Of a stretch of DNA of 42,132 nt, positions 13,169 through 25,080 are shown one piece after another. A program made the position numbers and the translations under genes. The stretch spans positions 1 through 42,132 of the forward strand of contig QPGO01000370.1 of assembly GCA_008632985.1 (NCBI GenBank). The letters are read 5' to 3'. How positions within the stretch are numbered: the stretch's first letter is position 1; each line of letters opens with the position of its first letter. The stretch is from Psammoneis japonica. Lineage: Eukaryota. The notes beneath the pieces are model-generated. The model did not search any database and had not been told where the DNA came from. It saw nothing but the letters and a program-made list of their open reading frames with translations.

Positions 13169-15701
13169 TCAGTCGTCACTTATTCTTACAACAGCATCTA
13201 GAGCATCCGACAAGTATTTGGTGCGGTGTTTCCGACCAGATTTCATGGATGCGTCCTTTGCCGCCAGTTCATCCCACTCCCAAAACGGCACTGACACAAG
13301 AAGGTAGTCCTCTAGTTTTGAAAGCTGGCGACGCTTGAGTATTGTGGATCCCGTCGGTGAACGATCAGCAAGAAAATGACTCGGTCCATCAACCTCGATG
13401 CCAACCAGTTTCTGGTCGTACTTCACAACTACATCCAGGCTATATCCGATAGCAGTAATGACCTCTTCCTCTGGCAGGAGTCCCAGTTCAGAGAGCGTAT
13501 CAGTGACATCCTTCTGAAGCTTGGATGGTTTCCCTTGCTCTTGCACAAAAGCATTGCGACACTCATGGCATAAAGCTACATCGAATCGCAAGGGCATGTC
13601 GTGCTCTCGAAGCCACAACACAACTTGATGGAGTTGGCATTTTTCATGACGGGAAAAAAATGAAGCTTTTGAATTACAGATCTCGGCATATTTGGCACCG
13701 AGTAAATCATCTGCACAGTGGTCGCAAACCGCGTACGCCCAAACCATATTCGCAATCTCTTGAGGTTCGAACTTTTCCAGTTTCCGCATTGACACTTTGG
13801 CAATGGCATCAAAAACAACGGAGACGAATGTCCAATGGTGGCAAATGCCCAAACCGTATTAGCAAGGGCTTGAGGCTTAAACTTTTCCAATTTCCGCATT
13901 GACACTTCGGCAATGGCATCAAAAAGCAATTGAGACGAATGTCCAACGGTGCAAATGCCCAAACCATATTTGCAATATCTTGAGGCTTGAACTGTTCCAG
14001 TTTCCGCATTGACACTTTGGCAACGGCATCAAAAAGCAATGGAGATGAATGTCCAACGGTGGCAAATGCCCAAACCGTATTGGCAAGGGCTTGCGGGTTA
14101 AACTTTTCCAATTTCCGTATGGACACTTCGGCAATGGCATCAAAAAGCAATGGCGACAAGTGTCCAACAGAGGCAAATGCCCAAACCATATTCGCAAGGT
14201 TTTGCGGGTTGAACTTTTCCAGTCTCCGCATTGACACTTCGGCAACGGCATTAAAAAGCAATGGAGACGATGTCCAACGGTGGCAAATGCCCAAACGTAT
14301 TGCAAGGGCTTGCGGGTTAAACTTTTCCAATTTCCGTATGGACACTTCGGCAATGGCATCAAAAAGCAATTGAGACGAATGTCCAACGGTAGCAAATGCC
14401 CAAACCATATTTGCAATATCTTGAGGCTTGAACTGTTCCAGTTTCCGCATTGACACTTTGGCAACGGCATCAAAAAGCAATGGAGATGAATGTCCAACGG
14501 TGGCAAATGCCCAAACCGTATTGGCAAGGGCTTGCGGGTTAAACTTTTCCAATTTCCGTATGGACACTTCGGCAATGGCATCAAAAAGCAATGGCGACAA
14601 GTGTCCAACAGAGGCAAATGCCCAAACCATATTCGCAAGGTTTTGCGGGTTGAACTTTTCCAGTCTCCGCATTGACACTTCGGCAACGGCATTAAAAAGC
14701 AATGGAGACGAGTGTCCAACGGTGGCAAATGCCCAAATCGTATTGGCAAGGGCTTGCGGGTTAAACTTTTCCAATTTCCGTATGGACACTTCGGCAATGG
14801 CATCAAAAAGCAATGGAGACAAGTGTCCAACAGAGGCAAACGCCCACACCACATTTGCAAGGGCCTGGGGTGTGAACTCATCAAGTTTGGAAATGGATGC
14901 TTCAGCAATGGCATCAAAAAGAAACGGCGACGAGTGTCCAACGGTGGCATGTGCCCAGACCGCATTAGCAAGGCTTTGCGGACTGAAGAGGCTCATCTTT
15001 GGAACTGATGCCATGGCGAGTTCATCGAAAAGCTCAGTTGAGGATTGTCCAGACTTTGCAAATGCCCACATGGTCATGGACAAACCCCTTGGAGAGAGAC
15101 TGCCTTTTACTGCACGCACTCGCCCTCCCAATTCATCCCAAATGGCTGTCCCAAACTTTAACCTGCTCACGCTGGATATTTTTGCTAGAGAATGTGCAAT
15201 CGAACCAACCGAGTCAGAAGCATCACAGTCTATCACTTTCATGGTACCTTGCAGCATGCGCTGCATCTCTTTTCCGCAGCTCGGCAGATTCACTCGCTCA
15301 GTTCTATTCCTTGATGCGATTGCTGCAATGCGGTTCCAACAAAACGAAATGTCCTTTGGGCTCATTTTGTCGCTGTTCTTCTGGTAAATGTCAAGAACTC
15401 CAGAAACTCTTTCGATGTTTCTTAGGTCGGGTAATCTCCAATTTCGGTTGGCATTGCATCGCTTTTGTTTTGTTTGAGGCCCTCTTGCCCCTCTTGCATC
15501 ACGCCTCATGGAACGATTTCCATCACTCCTCCTACCACCATCTTCACTTTGTTGGGTCGTCATGAAATAAGGCGACGCATTTTCCCTCCAAAACGCCAAA
15601 CGACTCGACTGACAAACATGTCGATGAATCGGCACGTATCCAACAACGCTGCACAGCGCCAACAGCAGCAACAGCTTTCTCATCCCAAACATGTGCCGCA
15701 T
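13169..15701 (-). CDS. Helical-repeat (37-aa, HPR/OPR-like) RNA-binding protein with C-terminal RAP domain, probably plastid-targeted
   Basis: 13 repeats of type FNPQALANTVWAFATVGHSSPLLFDAIAEVSIRKLEK. RAP domain GYSLDVVV...GIEVDGPSHF...TGSTILKRRQL...LVSVPFWEW. N-terminus MRKLLLLLALCSVVG-YVP is a signal peptide followed by an aromatic residue and an S/R-rich stretch, ASAFAP-like. About five 1-bp deletions (near 14302, 14296, 14270, 13950, 13816) break the frame. Start at 15701, 15692 or 15683. Confidence 0.9.
13730..15095 (-). repeat. Coding 111-bp tandem repeat (about 13 units) with a 4-unit (~444 bp) higher-order duplication
   Basis: Recurrent GCAAATGCCCAAACC...GGCATCAAAAAGCAAT every 111 bp. 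The block starting at 13921 is almost identical to the block starting at 14361. Confidence 0.9.
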
Positions 15702-15879
15702 CTTTGAAGTCTGCAAAAGCCGTTGAGTCGAATTCTCTCGTTTCTCTCTTACAACACAGAGAGATTGAGAATGACAGCTGAAGCTTGTCAACTGCAGTGA
15801 TCCAAGCACTCAATGCAGGTTTTGATTGTTTGCCTTCTGTTGTTGTGGGTCGGTTTCTCAACACTTTGGCATGCCGCCG

Positions 15880-18800
15880 CGCCGCGCCACCGCATCAGGA
15901 GATGGTGGTCTGTGCCTCCCCCCTGTGTGAGTGGGGGGGGGGGGGGGGGGTTTGTGTTGCTGCTTTAGCTGTGTCATGCCGCAGAAACAGTGCTTGCAGC
16001 TGCAAGTGCCTGAGGAGCCTCGGCAATCTCACTCCAAGCCTTCAAGCAAATCAGCAATTGCTGGTTGGCTGCCCTCTGTCGTTCTCTGACTCTGTGCTTC
16101 TCTGGTGGTGGCTGATGCTCCTGACACTAAGAGCATGGGGTCCTGTTCATCCATTGTGCCAAGGTGCAGGAGATGTGGGCTGCTTGATGCCATTGCAGGG
16201 CAGTGCTGGCTTCAGCACTGGCAATGTGGGGCAGCAATCTGGCGCTTCTAACACCAAGCAAACAGGAGGCCCAAAAGCTCTGTCAGGCAGTGCAGAAAAT
16301 GATGGGAGTGTGCAAGACACAAAGCATCAGTGGATTCTTGCTGCAAGCCCCAGTGGCAGAAGCCATTGGAAGTGCAATGGCAACAGCTCCATTGAAGTGG
16401 TCACATCACAATGTCTTTGCAAGGCAGCCTTGCAGTTCCCAATAAGAGCACACACTGCAAAGGTGGTGTCAAGTGCAGCAGGGGATGGCAATGCATCAAA
16501 TGTCCAATGCCCCTGATGCCAGGCATGGAAAGCATCGGCGTGGAAGATTGCAGGTGAGAAGGATGCACCACATGAGCCTGACTGCAGCAATTGCTCCTGA
16601 GACACAATGCACAACAGGTGGCTGCAGCTGTCTCTGCCATCTGCCCAAGTGCCACATCCCTGAATGCTGGATGAACACATGCCAGGGAGAGCTTGTGTTT
16701 GTCTGGGAGAGTGCTGGCTGACAAACGGGCTGAGCAGCCTTGAAAGGACAGATTGCTCCAGAATGTGAGAAAGCACAAAATGGCATTGTGGCCCTTCTTG
16801 CCTGGTGTGACAGGTTGCTCTGCTGATGTGAAAGACTGGTCCTTGGCTGTGGCTGTCACAGTCAAGTGCAGGCTGTGGGATGCTGACCCATGGCACAGCA
16901 TGTGTGGCAAACTGACTGATGAGGTCTTTTCTGTTGCTGTCCTTTCCTTTCTTGGTGCTGGTGACATCTCTGCTGCTGGTTGAGGGTGCTGCCATCTGTG
17001 TGCATTTCCTGATCCACAATCAAGGGAGTGAATGGCCATGGCTGCTCCAGACTGACCACTTTTGGGGAGCGCTGCAACAGAAAGGGGTCAGTGGTGTGCA
17101 GCACAAACTGGTTCAGCACAAAGCACATGCCACCCCAGGCTTCATGCTTGAAAAAGCTGAAGCCAAGTCTTGGTTCATTGCATCATGATCCACAGAAACC
17201 AGGATGGAGATGGATGTGTCTGCTGGAGATGGCGTGGACAGGGAGGCAACAAATTGCTCCTGTGGCATCAGGTTCACAAGGAATGCTGATGGGAATGCTG
17301 GTGTGGCAGCAAACCACACCCAAAACAGTGCACTGTCCTTCCACACAGCTGAGCAAGGGAAGCCACCTTGTCTTGCTCATGTCATCAATGCTGTCAATGA
17401 AATCCACGTGGGATGTGGTCAGAGACCAAATCTGACCCACCAGCAATTCAAAGCATGTTGGAAGTGGGAACATGTGCTGAACGGTGCACCAAATGGGGGC
17501 ATTGTGCTGGGCATCCAAATTGAAGCTGGGGCAAGGAGGGGTCCGGCGCATCACTGAGATGGCACTGGGCAACTTCCCAAGTGAGGGCACATGGGAGAAG
17601 CCAGCAGAGTGCCCAGGCTTGCCAGGGATGAGGCTGAGCTGGGTGCAGCAATCCAAGACAGATCCCTGTGCCACAGAAAGATCATGCAACTGAGGTGTCT
17701 GCACACAGCAGTCCATTGGTTTTGGGGCACTGGAGGCATGGCACGAGTCATGCACAAAAGACATTGCCACTGGCTGCAAGGATTGCTCAGGGATGGGAAT
17801 GTGCCCCGGCACCAAGGTGGGCACACTGCTCCAGCTGGACAGCACATTGACCATGCCCCCAATTGAGGCTGCCGCAATGACTGGTTCTGACCATGTTGCC
17901 ACCACTTTGGGGGTGGCTGGTGACTGTTTCACCCTGGTGAGTAAAGCATGCCTTTTGCAGTCAAGGTTGCTTGTGTGGCACACCAGTCAGCTGGCATGAT
18001 TGTCAGCAACAACGGCTTGCACATGGGAAGTGTTGGGGAGGTGGCCAGACTGTCAGCTGTCACTGAGATGCTGACAGCCATGGCAATGTTGTTGGAATTC
18101 AAGTCCAAACAGGTGCTGCACACTGTGTTGACAGCTGTGCAGACCAGACAGGGGCTGGAGCACACCAAGAAGGCCAGAAACGACCCTTCCAGAAAGAAGG
18201 CATTGTTGAAAAAGAGGACAGTGGTCCACAGCCAGTGCACTTCTCTGAATAGAAGACAAAATGGCTTGTGATGCAGAAGCACCAGAAGTCAATGCTGAAC
18301 CACCAGTGGTGGCTGCATGTGTTGGCGTGACCATGTCACAGGGAAAACTCTGTGGACAGAGCAAAGAGAAAGATGAGCTGCAAGCAAAAACTTGCTCTCA
18401 ACTCGTCAATGTGCAGTGCGACATTGATGAAAGAAAAGGAGAATGAGGTTGCTGTGGCTCTTGGGTGTTTGCAGCTGGAAGCACTGCTTCTGCAGCATGC
18501 AGAATGTCTCAAAGCAGCAACCCAAAACAGACCCTTAACCTGCACAGGGGGAGGCACAGACCACCATCTCCTGTTGGTCTCCAATCTGTGCTGAAAGAGC
18601 AGCCAGCTCCTGCACTGCAGCAGGGGCCAAGGCATGTCACTGGCGGCATGAGACTGGCCTGTGTTGCCCCAACCACCAAACAAGCCCCTTGCATGGTTCT
18701 TCAATGCAGTGGTGCAGCAAGACCCACCCAAACAGGCAGGCCAAGAGAACTGTTCAACCCCCATGCCAGTTCAGGCTGGTCACAGCCACTGTCACAAATC

Positions 18801-21420
18801 TCACAGCTGAGCAACAGCAGCAGCATTTGAGCTCAGCTGGCACAAGGCAGGAGCAGGTGTGCAGCAGTCCAAGGAAAGACACTGCTTGAGGTGAGTGGGG
18901 AGTTTGAGGTCACCAAACTCATGAGCCTCTGTCAAGTGCACAACCACCAGGCAAATGGGCCATCTTGTGGTGTTGCAAGCTGCAGTGAACAAGCAGAGGC
19001 AGGCTCACCATGTGCATTTCAATGTTCCAGACTCTGCAAGCCTTGTTGCTGAGCTCATTCAACTGGACATTGCTGGTCACAGCAAGGGTGAGTCAACTCA
19101 AGGTGTCAACCTGCTCCCATTTGGCATCACTGCCCCAGCCCAAGCTGAGCAAATCACCTGCAGGAATTCCAGCATGTGCCAACAAGTTCACAGCAGAGAA
19201 AGAGCCACACAGCCTGCTGCAGATGCCAGGCCAGGGCCATGGATGGATCTGATGATGCAAAGGTTGCAACCACTGCTCTCAAGTGGTGCAGCAGCACCCC
19301 ATGATGATGGGCTGCACATTGTGCTCCAGCTTTTGCTCCAAGCCAGCACATGTTTTGCAGCCCAGCACCATTGTTTGTCATGCAGCCAGCAGCATTGGTG
19401 GCAAAGGGTGTGTTTGGTTGGCATTTTTGGCTTTCCAAAGATGCTGCATGCTCCCATCATGCCAGGGATTGCAGAGACACCTGTGCACATCAACCTTCAT
19501 CACCTGCATGCAGGGACAACAGAGCATTGCACACAATGAGGAGTGCAACAACAGGCTCAACATCCTGCAGGAGCACCCAAGTGTGTGCTGATCACTCATT
19601 GCCAAGATGCAGTGCACTTGGGGGACAATGTTGCATTGCTTGACGACTCAAATGGGGTGCTCCACTGGTTGCCGCACCATCACAAAGGCTGATCCTTTTG
19701 GAATGAGGCCACAATCCTGGTGTTGCCGGTCCTCTTGACAAGCAGCTCATGTGTCAGCGACCATGGTGGTCAGGCCTGCATCAATCTGCTGGGCTTCTGC
19801 TGCCAAGGGCATCATCACAGGTCTGGTGGATCTTGCAACACCAGCGTGCAGCAGTGGGCTTGGAACACCTGAGCACATCTTGCCATGTGCCACAATCGGT
19901 GTCAGGTCTGGCATGGTTGAACCACAAGTCACAATGGCAAGTTGGAGCCCCAACTCACCACAGCAAAACAGATTCAGTCAATGAATGGATGACAATCTTC
20001 ACCCTGTCTTTCATTTGTTGCACACCCCTGCATCCTTTGCCAATTGCAAGGTGGCATTTGTTTGTCAACCACAAGAAGAAGATGACATTTTCAGGGAGCA
20101 GGAAAATGATGACCCATCTCGTCACCCACATTGTCTCTCACTGTTCTCGTCTCATTGAGGTTCAAATGGCCCCACCATCCATGCTTCCAGGTCAGCTGTC
20201 AGCAAGTGGTCCCCATCAATTGTGGTGAGGGTGCTTCTGTGGCATTTGCCAGGTGAGACGCGCATCATTGGGTCTCACTGCAGATTGAGATGCCTGCCAG
20301 GCACACTTTTGCAATCAAAACAAGGTGAAGTCATCTCACCCAGGCATCACGCACTGGCCTTAGAGTGAGTGTTCTGCAGTGCTGGCAATGTGCTCAAGGG
20401 GGTGAGCAGCCTGCTGCCCCAATGTGGTCAGCCCCAATGCTGGTTGGTGCTGAGGTGGGGCTGTCACCAGAGGAGGTTGCCGCTGAACCGGTGGCTGCAT
20501 GAGTGTGGGCCTGTTCCAGCTCCAGGTGATCTGCTTTTCATCACGCGAAAGGCCGATTTTCTGTGCAGTTTGGCGCAATTAACTCCTTCAATTTTGATTG
20601 TTTCGAAAATCGAAAGGTGAGTGTACACCCGAAAATGCATGTAAAGTGTACACTTGCCCTTCGATTTGGCAAAAAACGGATTTGGAAAAAGCCAATTGCG
20701 CCAAATGCACAAATTTCCAAATGACGGGAATCGAACCCGCGCAGAGCACCTGGAGCTGGAAGAGGACTGTGGTGGCTGATTGAATCCAGGCCACTGCAGT
20801 GATTGAGCTGGTGCTGGTTGTTGCTGTTGTTGATTTGGTGCCTCCTGTTGCTGCAGCTGTGCTTAAACTTGCTCTTGAGGGGAGTGCTCTGTGTGCTCCA
20901 GTGGCAGCAGAGCTGCGCCAGACACCAGCACCGCCCCACCCCGGCCGGCACCTGGACCAGCCACCACTGAACAGGAGAGTGGAGAGGTGTGCACCAAGGA
21001 GGGTGGGCCCCATCTTTTTTCTTTTTAGCTGTCCAACTTGTTGAAGTTGCAACTTCAAGTTGGCGTCAATGCCAGAGCATGTGCACTTTGCTTGATGGGG
21101 TGGTTTTGTGTGGCTGGGCGCAAGCACCAGGTTGGACAATCCACACCCGTCAAATGATGACTCACAGCATTTTGTTGTTCTTTAGAAGTGCCATTGTGCC
21201 ACTCTTAACAAGTTTCTTTTGTGGTGTGACTGCATCACATGTCCTTTGGGAACAAGCAGCTTGCGTTGTCATGGCGTCATGGGTTGATGATGCGAAGCGC
21301 GGCGAGCGGTGGCGGGCTTCAAAAAATGATGGGGCGAGCGTCCGTCAGTCAGTCAGCAGGCGGGACCGAATGAGGAGCGTTTTTGGCGAGAGGCCCGAGA
21401 GGCCACGCACATTCAACATG
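15880..21420. mobile_element. Degenerate transposon tract 2 (TpA- and CpG-depleted), probably containing a minus-strand tyrosine-recombinase retroelement remnant at ~16400-19750
   Basis: Extreme TG/CA composition. Weak minus-strand motifs: MKVDV (RT-like, ~19490), a later RT-like segment at ~18930-18970, and QGHWTFDA (recombinase GRWxSDA-like, ~16490-16515). The family call is tentative. A G18 run lies at 15933-15950. Confidence 0.6.
20542..20743. mobile_element. ~200-bp fold-back (MITE-like) insertion
   Basis: Nested inverted repeats TGTGCAGTTTGGCGCAATT / AATTGCGCCAAATGCACA and AATCGAAAGGTGAGTGTACAC / GTGTACACTTGCCCTTCGATT. It keeps CG and TA, unlike its flanks. Confidence 0.6.
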
Positions 21421-21479
21421 TATCATGGGTTCGTAGTTCGTAGCTTCACAGAATAAAGTGCAAATGAGATAGAGAAACC

Positions 21480-22876
21480 ATGCTGTTTCGGTTCCGTAAG
21501 TTCCTGTGGATCGTGCTGTTGCTGACTGTTTTTTTCGTGTGGGTGCACCTGATGGGTGATCTTGATGGCTTGCATGAAGAGCAGCAGGACGGTCCGTCAC
21601 ACCAGCCGTCACATTACGCTATCACTGGCTCGTCCCCAGAACGCATTCCTTTGTCACTTGAATCAAACACAACTACTCAAAGTGGCGACAGCGACCAATG
21701 CCGAGCTGTGACGGAACTGTTTCCGCCGGCTCTCCCCTTGAGTCCAACGCAGACGACCGGGAACATGCCAGCTTTTGGGCAAGCCATGACGCACAATGTG
21801 ACACAAAATGCTGTGGCGTGGTTTCAGCTTGCCATGCCCAACACAGGCAGTGCTGGCATGGAGGATCGCATGTCTCGTGGGGGCAACATGACACCTTTTG
21901 TACGTTCGGGTGGGTGCAGACATGCACGCATCAAGCGCACAGGACCCACGCTCATCCCGGCGGTGAGCAGCAATGGTCTCGCCGCCACAATGGGGTTTTC
22001 GTCAGAGCAGCTGCACGACTGCGATTCTGAATTGTTTCGGCGACTTGGCAGCGTGGTGCGTTGTCCAAACAGTGGTGGCCACTCTGACTATTCCAAGACA
22101 GCACAGAATGTTCGTCACTGCTTCCCTGGGATGAAGGCAGGTTTTAACTTGGAAGCTACCGCCATTGGAACAACCACACGTCATCCAATCCAATACCACC
22201 ACAAGGAATTCAGAATCGGCCGTCCCAGTGTGAATTTTGACAGAGGGATTTGTCAATTGTGGGAGAATTTAACCTTGTCAGCTCCTGTCGGTCATGATAA
22301 AAACACAACATTTGGCTTTGCCTGTGAAAACAATGGGCCTTTTGGCAAATTGGGCGTCAGTAGTGACTTTGAGAGTTACGTTCGATTCGCCCACCACCGC
22401 TGGAACATTTTCACCCGCAATCTGGCTGGAACACTAGAACCTCAGCACGGTCCCATTACACGTTTTGAGGACTCACTTGCCATGCATAAAAAGGACTTTA
22501 CTCGCTCGCAGGCTATGGAACAGAACAAGCTCGGGGTCGATGCGCCAGACTACAAGACAGCCATTCAACACCTTGAAGCGATGCCTCATTTTGCCATATT
22601 TGAGCGCATGTCCGAGAGCATAGAACTGCTTTGCTTTACATACTGCTACAACTGCACGGCACTGGGTTTCACATACAAGCCGAGAACCCACAAACCCGTG
22701 CCGGACAATGTACCGTAGTCGAGGCGACGGGCAAATACCACAGGTTGAACATGCTCCTCTATCAACATGCCACCGATCTCTTTTCACGTCGAATAGCATG
22801 GATGCGGGAAGCAAAGGCCCAAGGGGTGCAGTGTGACATTTTAATCTCTGGATGTGGTTTGATCTGCAAAGACTGA
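21480..22876 (+). CDS. Type II membrane sulfotransferase-fold protein (Sulfotransfer_2 / heparan sulfate 6-O-sulfotransferase-like), divergent active site
   Basis: N-terminal RFRK + TM helix + stem. WFQLAMPNTGS resembles the 5'-PSB loop (PKTGx) and TTTRHPIQY resembles the 3'-PB motif (RDP). Also NIFTRNLAG, AIQHLEAMPHFAIFERMSESIELL and, after a 1-bp frameshift near 22712, RLNMLLYQHATDLFSRR, ending at TGA 22876. Confidence 0.75.
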
Positions 22877-24714
22877 AAAATCTTGGTTGGCATTAGTATC
22901 TTTCTTGGCTGTTGTCTGATTTGAGACCATTCTTGAACATCTCGTGTTTTGTCGCGTTGCGGTCCATTATTCGTAAGCTACGAATGTCTGGACCTTACCT
23001 CGGATCACTGACTCAAGAACGGTGTTACAAAAACTGCACAACAATGACACACACCGCGCTGTGTTTACCCAAACACGCGAATCAACAACAAATCAACAAC
23101 AAATGACAGTGACACGTCCTTCTCACACAAATTGTCGGATCTACAATGCAGGCCTAAAACGAAAACAGAACAGCGGTCTCACCGACGAGATGATTAGGTG
23201 CGGCACCATAACGGGATACCGGTAACACCATTATTTTTCCAACGAGCAACCTGGTAGTAATGTACGTTCATCTTAAAAGCGCTGAGCCTTACTATGTATT
23301 CTGTCCGTTTCCAGATTTGTCTTTAGACGACCGGTGTATTATCGGTTGCAGCAATATCTCGGTATTGACGCATTCTCAAGGCTCTGGTGAGAGTGTTGCG
23401 GCAGTACCTCTTCGTGTTTCACCCGTCACCACTTGATCCCTGGGGTTCCTCGCACCAAGAGAATGATTGTTGGCTACGTCACCATGATGCAAATGTTTTG
23501 TCTCTGCAGATTGGCACACCGTTCACAAGATATTTCAAACGTCACGTTCGATTGGACCCATCTTTGCCGGGCTTTCTTCGAGCGAGCGAAAACACTTGAA
23601 TTGATCAGAGGCGTGGACGACCGCTGAACCATACACTACTTGGTGAATAGCTCATGAGGTTTGTCTAATAAATTATTCTAAAACTAGGGATCAAGCAAGC
23701 TTGCAACCTAGCCATGATGGTATAGAGTGTCATCATCCTTGGCTCATCGCCTATGGGTGTGCAAAAACACCCCGATTACGTCCAAGTGATGCATGTAAAT
23801 CGAGCAAAATGTGTATCCACCACATGCAATGTCATGAACCTTACTCCCCTTCCGACGTATAATATCCAAACATGTATCGGTCCGACACTGGCAATCGAAT
23901 TGAAACTTTGTCTTGACAGATGTCATTCCAGTTCAGGACCAAAAAACATATATGCAGAATCCTGGTTCTTCCTCTAATCGTACATCGTACCACGGTTATT
24001 CGCAGATACGCCGTTCCTATCTGTTCCCCTGAGCGTCACTCTTGTGTATCCAATGCCGTAGAGAGGCGGAGGGTTTTGGACAAGAGTCAAAATACCACCT
24101 CTGGGGCCATGAGAACCATCATCAACCGTCGCCCAACAGTCGCACAGTGGGTAGAAACGGGTTTTTCTATTCACTTCCTTGCAATGCATGACTGGAGTTA
24201 TTGGACACACGCAAAAATACAGCACCTGGTTATGTGCCAATGGCCTCACAACGGTAGTTGAGGCTGTGAGAATAGCGAAGAGGCGAACTCTTTCATGGTC
24301 TTGGTATAAAAATGTTGAGAAAGCGGCAACAAGCTTTGACACAAAAGATCTTTCTGGTTCACTAGCCTTGTTGGTTGACAGCAGCAGTGATAAACAAAAA
24401 TATGATAATCAATCTACAACTGCTACAAAATGCTGTTTTGTGTTGTGTGTCTTGGATTTGATTATGCTGGTAACAAACACACATACTTTGAAGTGAAGCA
24501 CAACAAAGACGAGACCTATCCAACTTTTCCGGCCGACAATAGCACGACAAACATTTGGGTACAGCACTGTAACCTACAGCAGCGTGGTGCGGCAATACCT
24601 GGTTGACAGACAATTTGACACTACTAGAATTATTAATCCGCTACCAATACGCACAGATTTGACAAGATGCTGCGCTGGCGGAATCACACGTTTTTGAGGC
24701 CATCGATCCTCTTC

Positions 24715-25080
24715 TTAAGGATAGTAGTGTCCTTCCTCCTCCTCTTCCTCTTCTTCCTCCTCTTCCTCCTCTTCTTCTTCCTCCTCCTCTTCTTCCTCTT
24801 CTTCCTCCTCCTCTTCCTCCTCCTCTTCCTCCTCTTCCTCCTCCGAGGATGACTTGCTAGACTTGCTTGACTTGCTTGACTTGCTAGACTTGCTAGACTT
24901 GCTAGACTTACTTGACTTGCTTCCCATTCCTTTGCCATACAGCTCGCGAGCATTGTAGGTCGATGTTTTCTCCAACTTGCGGGCATGGATCTCGCGGCCG
25001 CGGACACGCGACTGAGCGGCAGCAACGTCCACCAACGCCATCGTGGCAACAGCAAGGAGGAACAACGGAAGAAGCTTCAT
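24715..25080 (-). CDS. Silaffin-like small secreted protein (121 aa): signal peptide, RXL sites, (SKS)8, E37
   Basis: MKLLPLFLLAVATMALVDVAAA signal peptide, then RVRG, RKL and REL motifs. Mature part is YGKGMG-(SKS)8-SS-E37-GHYYP. Synonymous variation (AGC/AGT, TCA/TCT, GAG/GAA) falls on third positions of this frame. Confidence 0.85.
   Translation of the reverse strand: MKLLPLFLLAVATMALVDVAAAQSRVRGREIHARKLEKTSTYNARELYGKGMGSKSSKSSKSSKSSKSSKSSKSSKSSSEEEEEEEEEEEEEEEEEEEEEEEEEEEEEEEEEEEEEGHYYP

Noticed and set aside
14428..15387. Long plus-strand ORFs over the RAP gene
   Set aside because: Antisense reading of the 111-bp coding repeat.
20715..20745. tRNA gene
   Set aside because: Only a T-arm-like motif. 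No D-arm, anticodon arm or acceptor stem can be folded.
23380..24500. Short ORFs between the sulfotransferase-like and silaffin-like genes
   Set aside because: No recognisable domain or consistent exon chain. Could be a decayed gene but is not supportable.
24684..25055. Alternative-frame Arg/Lys-rich ORF and antisense Leu/Phe-rich ORF (24667-24852)
   Set aside because: Shadows of the GAR repeat. Only the SKS/poly-E frame has a signal peptide, RXL sites and third-position variation.
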